DNA of 64,000 nt from Macrostomum lignano. Taxonomy: Eukaryota. Shown piece by piece: positions 54,701 to 64,000 of the stretch. Made by a program: the position numbers and the translations under genes. The notes under the pieces are model-generated. The model was not told where the DNA came from. It ran no database searches and worked only from the letters and a program-made list of their open reading frames with translations. The stretch is taken from positions 62,001-126,000 of the forward strand of contig NIVC01002483.1 of assembly GCA_002269645.1 (NCBI GenBank), in the 5' to 3' direction. The number at the start of each line of letters is the position of its first letter. Position 1 is the stretch's first letter.

Positions 54701-56795
54701 ATGTAAATGGCGCTAAGTCTGATGTAAATGGCGCTAAGCCTGATGTAAGTGGCGATGTAAAGTCTGATGTAAATGGCGCTAAGCCTGATGTAAGTGGCGA
54801 TGTAAAGTCTGATGTAAATGGCGCTAAGCCTGATGTAAGTGGCGATGTAAAGTCTGATGTAAATGGCGCTAAGTTTGATGCAAATGGGCCAAATGGCGCT
54901 AAGTCTGATGTAAATGGCGCCAGATCTGATGTAAGTGGCGTCACTTATCTGGATGCTAAAAGTCCCTGCAATACTCTGACGTCGAATATCCTATCTCCTA
55001 ATATCCTATAAACATCAGATTTAGTTGCTAACTACAAAAAAAATTGTAGGTAGGATTTTCTGTTTAAGAAATGCAGTAGTATAGGCGACTGCTGCACTGC
55101 TGCACACATTTACAGACTAAAATTATCAGGGCTAAGAATGATGTTAGTAGGGCTAAGAATGATGTTAGTAGGGCTAAGAATGATGTTAGTAGGACTAAGA
55201 ATGATGTTAGTAGGGCTAAGAATGATGTTAGTAGGGCTAAGAATGATGTTAGTAGGGCTAAGAATGATGTTAGTAGGGCTAAGAATGATGTTAGTAGGGC
55301 TAAGAATGATGTTAGTAGGACTAAGACTGATGTTAGTAGGGCTAAGACTGATGTTAGTAGGGCTAAGAATGATGTTAGTAGGGCTAAGAATGATGTTAGT
55401 AGGACTAAGAATGATGTTAGTAGGGCTAAGAATGATGTTAGTAGGGCTAAGAATGATGTTAGTAGGGCTAAGAATGATGTTAGTAGGGCTAAGACTGATG
55501 TTAGTAGGGCTAAGACTGATGTTAGTAGGGCTAAGAATGATGTTAGTAGGGCTAAGAATGATGTTAGTAGGACTAAGAATGATGTTAGTAGGGCTAAGAA
55601 TGATGTTAGTAGGGCTAAGAATGATATTAGTAGGGCTAAGAATGATGTTAGTAGGGCTAAGAATGATGTTAGTAGGGCTAAGAATGATGTTAGTAGGGCT
55701 AAGAATGATGTTAGTAGGGCTAAGAATGATGTTAGTAGGGCTAAGAATGATGTTAGTAGGGCTAAGAATGATGTTAGTAGGGCTAAGAATGATGTTAGTA
55801 GGGCTAAGAATGATGTTAGTAGGGCTAAGAATGATGTTAGTAGGGCTAAGAATGATGTTAGTAGGGTTAAGACTGACGTTAGTAGGGCTAAGAATGATGT
55901 TAGTAGGGCTAAGACTGATGTTAGTAGGGCTAAGACTGACGTTAGTAGGGCTAAGAATGATGTTAGTAGGGCTAAGAATGATGTTAGTAGGGCTAAGAAT
56001 GATGTTAGTACGACTAAGAATGATGTTAGTAGGGCTAAGAATGATGTTAGTAGGGCTAAGAATGATGTTAGTAGGGCTAAGAATGATGTTAGTAGGGCTA
56101 AGAATGATGTTAGTAGGGCTAAGAATGATGTTAGTAGGGCTAAGAATGATGTTAGTAGGGCTAAGAATGATGTTAGTAGGGCTAAGAATGATGTTAGTAG
56201 GGCTAAGAATGATGTTAGTAGGGCTAAGACTGACGTTAGTAGGGCTAAGACTGACGTTAGTAGGGCTAAGACTGACGTTAGTAGGGCTAAAACAGACAAA
56301 ACTCAGAGGCAAGCAAAATGCATTAAGCAAAAAATAATCACTAACCAGCTGAATCGCAATCATTAGCACAGTTTTCAAGCTGAAATGTCTGTCGCAGATG
56401 TCGAACAGATCCTCGAGCGACGGGCCGAGCAGCTCCATCACTAAGGCGTTGTACTTGAGCGTTGGGCCAAAGTAGAACACCTGGGGAACGCCTTCGCAGT
56501 TTCCCAACTCTTTGTAGAATCTGTACTCAAGGTGCAACTGTGGAGCTCGCGACTTCAACGGCTCAAGCTTAACGGCCACGTGCTCATTGTTATAAAGATT
56601 CTTTCCCAGGCGGAGTTCGCCGAAATTGCCGCAGCCAATTTTTTTGCCAACTTTAAAGTTGGGCCCGACCATCAGGAAGGCAGACGGATCTGAGGAGCCG
56701 GCGCCGCCGCTGCGAGAGGTCGCCGGCACTGAGGAGGCGGCGTGGCCACCATGATTTCGGCTGGCCGAGTGTTGGCGCTGAGCGCTGCTGCTCAT
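48757..56795 (-). CDS. CSNK1G: Casein kinase I gamma (gilgamesh orthologue), ~425 aa
   Basis: Exons 56795-56346, 54444-54210, 53338-53168, 52887-52733, 51014-50925, 48933-48757; all GT-AG and phase-consistent, 1278 nt. Motifs [64 protein letters not shown] and the gamma-specific C-terminal TKCCFF palmitoylation motif. Confidence 0.96.
49425..49560. repeat. Degenerate G-rich repeat related to 46895-47345
   Basis: GCAGAGCGGAGATGGGTGGGTGCAGGGG units. Confidence 0.75.
49925..50295. repeat. 29-bp minisatellite (GACACCCGCTACCCTCCTCACTGTTTTTA), ~12 copies
   Basis: GACACCC recurs every 29 bp. Confidence 0.95.
51170..52460. repeat. 26-bp CT-rich minisatellite (CTCTATCTCAGCCCCATTCTCTCCCT), ~48 copies
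   Basis: Fills most of CK1gamma intron 4. Confidence 0.95.
52925..53090. repeat. 16-bp minisatellite (GAGTGACAGTAGGATG)
   Basis: CK1gamma intron 3. Confidence 0.92.
53743..53917 (-). mobile_element. Probable short tRNA-derived SINE
   Basis: Minus strand reads GGGGGTC-TAGCGCGGCG (A-box-like)...GGCTCGATTCC (B box, plus-strand 53869-53879) and ends in ATAAATAAAG; no clear TSD. Confidence 0.45.
54625..54935. repeat. 21-bp minisatellite (CTGATGTAAATGGCGCTAAGT) with a 60-bp higher-order unit
   Basis: CK1gamma intron 1, 3' part. Confidence 0.9.
55129..56290 (-). repeat. 21-bp minisatellite (sense: TACTAACATCATTCTTAGCCC) x55
   Basis: GTTAGTA first at 55143, last at 56277: 54 intervals of 21 bp. 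Confidence 0.98.
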
Positions 56796-58602
56796 TGGCT
56801 GGGCCGATGTGCCAATAGTAGGTGGGCCTGACTGTCACTGCTGTGTGATTGGGCTGGTGCTGATGTACTTTTACATCAATAGCAATTGTGACTAATTATG
56901 ATAATTGTACAGCTTTATAAATACACATCAGGTAGGTTATAACTAAAAAATATCCTGCTGAGCAATTGGTGGCTCATTAGGCCAAGGCTCTCAAAGGAGG
57001 TACTGGTATCTTAGGCCTAGGATAATTAGCACAGAAGGTACTTTTATCAAGGTAATAAAATAATGGTTTTTAATACTTATTATCTCTTCCATTTACCTTC
57101 CATTACTCTACATCATTTCTATTGTATTTTTTAACTTCTTTTCCAAGTAAAAATTATTTTAGATGTCATTAACTTGCCTTTTGTTAAAAAGTAATAATTT
57201 AAATTTAGATGACTTGCACAACAAAAAATTAAAATAGGTATATTACTACTATTAATACTATTAGCAGACATAGGCCTAGTAGAAGTATTTATATATACTA
57301 TATATAGGGCCTGGCATACTAACAAAAACTCATTCTTTATTGACAAGCTGATATTCAATTGTATCATTTTTATTTAGCTAATTTAACTGTCATTCCATTG
57401 ATAGATTATTGGCTACAATAAAAAAGAGAAAACAATAAAAATAAAGCTAAAAATAAAAAGTAACAGATCAATACTTTTTTGTAAAACTTTTATCCTTTCC
57501 TTTCTAATTATATTCTTTTTCAGTATTAATAGAATGTGCCAATATAATTATTGTAGATTTATTTATAATATACAGTATTATACAACAATGCACAGTTTTA
57601 TAGAAGTTTTTTTTTTAAAATTGACCTTGCAAAAGAATTGATTTCTTTTTTAAATTGAAATTATTCTATTACTATTAGAATTTTACATTTATGAATTTAA
57701 GACTTGATGAATAGGTTATACAGACTTTGTCAATTTCTAATTCATCAATAGGTAGAAGTTGAATTTGTCAATAGTTAAAACAAGCTAAGCAAATTCATCA
57801 ACAAGGCAGACTTATTTAAAGTTGCTTTAAACTTCAATAAAATCTAAATTATAAAACGGCTATATAATTATACAATTATAATTATATAATGGCTACATAA
57901 AACAGCTATCCCATAGCCATAGCTGTAGCTGTAGCTATGGCAAAATACTATTTTTCATTTTAAAAGAATGTGTTATTATTAATAGACATAAAACATAAGT
58001 GATATTTTATATGAGCACTAATACTAATATGATTATATAATGACTAGACCATGCTGTCATTTGATCACAAGGCTTTATGCAAAAGACCTAAGACCACAAT
58101 ATAATACACCCAATTGTTGTATTATACTGTTGACAAATGTATTACTTATTAAGTTAAGCTCCAAATATGGAAATATTAAATATTGTATCACATATTAGAA
58201 ATTTATAGTCCAAGTCTAAGACAAGTAAGAAACTAGGCCTAACATTAACTAAGTTTATTAATAAGAAAAGGCAGTTGACATTAGGCCTAATTTAAAATTA
58301 AATGAATTTGATCAATTCAATACTACTACATAAAAATAACTGATTTTTATCTTTTTAGTTGACACATATGGGCGAACTTTAGCTGGGCCTACTACATTTA
58401 ATTTAAGAGATTTATAAATATATAGGCTTATAAAGAATATATTATAGGAATACCAGATAACATGATAGTCATGACAATGAGATAAGCGATAATGCACATA
58501 ATCACCAACACTATGTGATCACATAAGACTGGACGATGCTGCCATTTGATTACAAGACTTTATGCGAAATGCGAAAGACCACCACATAATATACCCGTCT
58601 GC

Positions 58603-58767
58603 CAGGGGGAATCCAGGGAGAGGTCCTTTCCGGCTCGGCTACCCTCAGTGGTAAAAAAGTAGGCTATTTTTTGGCCTGTAACAATGCAAGGTCTATTTTC
58701 TAATATTGCGCTGTAGTTGCTAGGTATAGCTTGGCCCCCTCAAGAAATTTTTCACGGTCCACCCCTG
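58603..58767. mobile_element. Small hAT-type MITE (165 bp)
   Basis: Imperfect TIRs CAGGGGGAATCC / GGTCCACCCCTG; 8-bp flanks CCGTCTGC (58595-58602) and TCGTCTGC (58768-58775), 7/8 identical. Confidence 0.7.
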
Positions 58768-61700
58768 TCGTCTGCTGACGTACATTAAATTAGCGCAAAC
58801 GATGTCTGTCTGTTTACCATTTAAAAACTTAATGAATTTTATTTCGCTAGCAATGATTTAAAAAGGTGATATGCAAACAAAATAGAACTTATCAGAATTA
58901 AACCATACAATAATAATTGATATTGTCACGTAATAACTTTTATTTAAAGATTTTATATTAAAAATTTGCTTTTACTCTAGGTTCACTTTGTTTTAGTAAT
59001 CAATAAATTTTGCGGAGTATGATTTCAGATCTTAAGCGTAATCTCAGAAGTCAGAAAAAATAGTCTAATTCAGTTGCATTAAATGTTGACTTCTTTAAAT
59101 AAGTGGACGATTCAGACGAAAGGGAAAAGATTTTCGTCTAAAGACAAGGTGACCAAAGAGTAGGCAAAAAGTGACCACCTAATGTGCATGTAACACCGTT
59201 ATGTACAATAGCAATACATGTACAGGCTAAAGATGCCATTTTTAATTTACGAGAGTTACTTACTTACTAAATCTACTCGTACACTTGCTAAAGTAAAAAG
59301 GTTCGATATGACTTTTCCAATGCCAAAATTGAAAACTTGCACATACAAATTAGTCTGATTTGATCCTCTTATTGGTGCTTTTCGGCATTTCAAACTTGTA
59401 CACAATAGTAATTATAGCTTGGATCAGGCATGTCAGGCTCAAAGTTGCCAAATTTTCGACGTGCCATTAGAAACTTGCATCAGCTCCCAGTTATATCCAC
59501 AGAGTATTTAACACGTACAATAATTAACTTACATAAATGTACTAGCTAGTGTCTAAATCTTATACATATACATGTATGCTGTACATGTACACTCATAGAT
59601 AGGGAGACTTGTACGAGTGTATCCTATTTTTTCAATGTTGCAGTATACATCAAGGGTGCCTGCTGTAACCGGCTCTAGCCGTGGGTGGTGCAACTCGGTG
59701 CGATGATGCCAGCTGGAGTCGCCAACGGCGAAACAGACATGTCGCTTTCGACGGACTATATAGGCCTGCACGACGGAATAGTGCCTCATTCAAAATCGTT
59801 TGTCGCCGATCGAGCTAAAAGGCGGCGCGCAACAGGTCAGCGTGTGCCGCCTCAACTTGTTCTTTCGCAAGTGTCCGATCCAAGTGCCTCGATGACCAAG
59901 GTGCTTTTATATTCAAAACCTTTTTGTCTTCGATCTTAATGATCGAACTGCTCTAAATAAAGACATTTTATGGCAAGATCTAAAAGATAAATAAAAACCA
60001 CTAAAAATTAAAGGTTAGCAGAAAAACCTTATAAAATGAAGGCTAATAGCCTTATGGGGCTTGCACAGTTTTAATTATGAGTATAATATTTTACAGAATT
60101 TTTAGTTTTTTATACAGCGGTTTTATTTATTACACATCCTAAACCATATTTCTAAACGAACACATCCGGTGAGCAGTATAAAATTTCCATTTGGCTAACT
60201 GCCAATTTTAGTTAGAGCAGCAAGTTACACACCAAATGAAAGCTTTATTAAAATAAAACGGCACAGGGTAAGACATTTGAGGGCAACAAGCACGTTTAGT
60301 TATGAGAATTAAAAAATCAGAACAAAAAACTAGGAAATTTTTTCGAAAGCCTTTTTCTACCCAATGAAAAACTCTACATAAGACCTTCAATGCGGACTAA
60401 AGGAAAATAATATTTTTTTCTAGTATTTTTATCATATTTGCAACGCATACTACTTTACTAGCAACTGAAAGCTTTGAGACGTAATAAAAATAATTTCAGT
60501 TACCACAAGTCAGCATAAATAAACAAAACACACATTTTCAAACAAGCGCAAATTGCAAGACAACTGAGAACTGAAAGAAACAAAGACTGACTTTATCAAA
60601 TTATTTTACACTTAATTAAACACTTAATTGTGAAAGTAAGCAAATCACTAAGGACAAAAATTGAAAATTATGTTATTTTTATTTGAGTTTTCGAGCTATA
60701 ACCACAGATACTAGAAAAGCTGTGTCACTTGTGAAAGGCACTCATCACTTTTTAAGTAGCAAAATTAGTTTTGCCTTTATACAATAGTAAATAAACATTT
60801 TCTTTATTTTACATACTACAAGTTCTTAGAGCTACCATCGCCTCTGGCTTTCTAAAAGCAAACCCATTAAAATCAGCATCTTCATCCTGTTTCGTAGACT
60901 TTCCAGACTGCCTTAGACTCGAAAATATTTTTAAAAAATTAATTCGAAGACTGAAGGCTGCAATAAAACTGAAAAACGTAAATCTAGTTAATGTGCACGT
61001 GAGCAAGAGAAAAGGGGTGGCGCCCCAACCAGGCCGATAAACAGTTAGGCTTCTCTCTTGCCCGCTTGTGTCTGTTTGACTTTAAAATCTTTCCTTACTG
61101 CTCGTTCATTGGCTGAGCTAGATTGGGCCTGCCCCCTCTGGGCTGAGTCTCGCCCGTTGTTGTTAAAACGCTGTGACCTTAAAAGCATCAGGTCGCGGGT
61201 CAGCCCTGGGGGGGGGGGCTCTGCCGCAACTCTCGCCTCGCCCGTCTTGCATTCGCTTGTGTACATCGTGTTAAATACCTGTTATTCTTTCTTTACTCCA
61301 TATGCTCCCCGAGGCCGCAAACCCTGAGAACTGTAGCTGTCATATTTAATTGCAAGACACTATTGACAACAAGTAAAAAAGTAGACAATTTACTATTTTC
61401 AAACCTTAATTTCGAGTGACATTTACGGATCAGTTACTAGTCATTCTAGTATGTGGTTATGGTCATGACATACTCGAACAAGTTGTACTACGACACCATG
61501 TCCATTTTTTTGCAGAAAGACCAAACAACTACATTGAGCTATTGAGGCAGCTAGCCCACAAAGAGATGGAGAAATGTGAAGTGTGAACATGGCTTATAAA
61601 ATTTTGCAAAACAAGGCTGAAAGAAACTGCAACAGCCCAATCATGAGAACGAAACATGAAACAAACAAAAGCAATTTGCTTGACCATTTAGCCAAGGATT

Positions 61701-61924
61701 TAATTATTAACTATGCACCGCTTCAATGGTACATATGAATACTACTAAAAACAAGAGAAAGTGAGATCCAATTAAACATCAAACAGCACAAGCAAGTTTA
61801 AGTTTTAACAATTTTCTGATCTCATCAGCTTCAGTACAACAGAGGAGCTAAACCAACTAACACAGTTTAATGCATATTAACAAGTTAATACGGACTTGTA
61901 AACTTAGTCTTGCAATTTAAGCCG

Positions 61925-64000
61925 TTAGATTGGGGCATCAGATCGGGAAGCCGCTTTGCTTGCAGGTGAGACGACTACCCGGACAGGTCGGAACTGACCT
62001 TTCACAAACAGTCGAGATCCTGACAATGAGTAAAAACAATCCTAGGATAGGTAAAGCACAAAAATATGTGAATGAAAATATGCAATATAATGCAATGATT
62101 TTCAACAATATAACCACTAATTTTTTTCTTTATTCAATGTAATAAGAAAAAAACAAATCTAACTAATACCCAAATTAGCCTGTTAGGATATTACTAAATC
62201 AGAAATGCTAGCACGTAAGACATTTCTTTACCTTGGTCTTGAAGATTTCCCTTAGAAGGCAGTTGATCGGATCCTTGTAGGACAGTGACGTGACTTTTAC
62301 TTGTTGAAGGAATCGATGCAACAGTAGACAAAGATGCACGAAGACCTTGAGCGGGGTCTTTCGTTTCATGACTCACTTCAATTGTAGGCTTAAGGATCCT
62401 CACCATTGCTGAAGGACCCAAGATTTTGCTCTTATGAAATCTCGGGCATGGAAAAACTGATTCAGACGTCCTGTGAAATTGTTTTGTCAAACTTCCTACA
62501 CGAGGCAGAACATTAACTCTGAATACAGATGTCGGGGCATCACGCTCAACAAACTGGGTTTGAGTTTCGGGAGCACTCTTGCTAACAGACGCATTAAGCG
62601 GCGAAGCTTTCGTCTCGCTTACTGGAGTTACGACAGAACTTGTCTGCTTAAACAACTGCGATGCCGATTGTGTCTGATCTATTGAAATTGACACAGATTT
62701 TGACTCACCAACTAAATACCGAGGTGACTTTTCAGCGTGCAAAGAAGTCAAAGGATTGGCCTTGCGCCGAGAAGTGCGAATAGCCGGCACTGTAATCGAA
62801 GCTGAGTCATTAAAATCTAAATTAGCATCATAAAAAGAAAGGTCGGCTTCTTCACTGGTGTCTGAAAAGCATTCAGAAGCTTTTGAAATTGTTTCTACTC
62901 GCGAAACTTCGGGAACTTTAGTAGCAGAGCTCTGGAGACGATAACCGGCTCTAGGAGTTACAAAACGAACTCTGGAGGCGCATTTTTTTCGCTGAAGCTG
63001 TTCAGGACTGCTAACAAACTGTTGTTCTTCCTCTGAAGCTGGAATTTCAATTGGCTCGCTCTTTACACTTATATTCGATGACTCAAGCGAAAACGAAGCT
63101 ATAGCAGATGATTCTGAGACAGTCGATGTACTAGTTGGTGCACTGATTTTTATCATGCCAGTCTCTACCACTGGACATGTTTCGGAAGTTCGATCTGCAG
63201 GTTTGGTGTCTCGACGATTGAGGCCAGGCTTTTCAGTCGAATCAGCTATGCCATTGGAGGAAAAAGAGGACGACTTTACCAATCTTTGATTTTGCTTTGC
63301 TCGTTCGCTTCCGTTCTAGAAAAGTGAACTTTTTAAGGCTTCGGTGGATCTCTTGAACATCGTCTCTACGAATCTCACACTCGTCTTGCTCAGAGAGATG
63401 GTCGTCGGTCATTTCGTCCGTGTCTGATGATGAATTCTGCTCGATCTGTTGATTCGGCTGCTGCTGCTCAGTATGCGTACGACTCCTCTTTTCACTGAAG
63501 GTGTACTCGTGAAACATGCGGAAAAAGAATTCGTTGACTTCTATAAGTGTAGTACTCGATGACGTTCTTGTTGAAAGCTCAAACGACTCTTTGAGGTGAG
63601 GATTGATAATTCTTCCAAGAATAACAGAATTGTCCATAACATGGCTCGTCATTTTTCCACTATAGTGGACGTCAAAATACTCAGGTGACACTCCAAGCGA
63701 GTTGCAGAGCTCTGACTTAATCACACACGGTGCTCCTTTCACCCATGATCATCTAGCAAACTTAAAGATAAATCGTTGGAAGTTTTCTTTCAGAATGGAT
63801 AATTCGAATCTTTGATGATTCATAACGCAAACAGTAGTCTGAAATTGGCCTTAGAAACTCCGATATCTCTGTAGAGGTAGACAAGTCCATCGCACAGAAA
63901 CCTTTTGCGTTTTTGGTCGTGAGATCAGCACCAAAGTCAACGAGACTTTTAACTAAAGGAAGATTCGACTGCAAAACAGCCTCGTGGAGCAGTGTGTTAC
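61925..64000 (-). CDS. Ankyrin-repeat protein followed by a long S/T/E-rich disordered region; 5' end beyond window
   Basis: GNTLLHEAVLQSNLPLVKSLVDFGADLTTKNAKG (ankyrin) at 64000-63880; unresolved frame break at ~63860-63745; coding 63742-63280; 34-nt GT-AG intron 63279-63246; exon 63245-62232 (donor G|GTAAAG); putative next exon 62019-61925. Confidence 0.7.

Noticed and set aside
59640-59940. CpG-rich island, possibly the CK1gamma promoter or a 5' UTR exon
   Set aside because: No clear donor or TSS evidence from sequence alone
61045-61290. Minus-strand ORF (MYTSECKT...) as the last exon of the ankyrin gene
   Set aside because: Its acceptor is phase 0 whereas the available donors are phase 1; left unassigned

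Overview
This is intron-rich metazoan genomic DNA. GC-rich exons and repeat-stuffed introns resemble the flatworm Macrostomum; that assignment is inference. Five protein-coding genes lie on the minus strand. (1) A two-domain cyclic-nucleotide-binding protein, running off the left end. (2) A type I membrane protein with signal peptide, 3x TSP1, 2x Ig and one TM. (3) An EVA-1/EVA1C-like protein with two SUEL/galactose-lectin-like domains and one TM, with two candidate signal-peptide first exons. (4) A complete casein kinase 1 gamma. (5) An ankyrin-repeat protein entering from the right end. Nearly every long ORF in the supplied track is an artefact of tandem repeats. About 35 different micro/minisatellite arrays occur, most private to one intron, including a 6.7-kb array of 481 14-mers. 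Mobile elements are two nested hAT-type MITEs with exact 8-bp TSDs, a third small hAT-type MITE and two tRNA-derived SINEs (one CORE-like). The most striking unexplained signals are arrays whose units carry known cis-elements: 55 sense-strand copies of the branch-point heptamer TACTAAC plus a 3' AG in CK1gamma intron 1, and about 43 copies of the TCF/LEF motif ACATCAAAG next to a CCG helper-like motif upstream of the CNBD gene. Exon boundaries and counts were derived by hand; no database searches were run.
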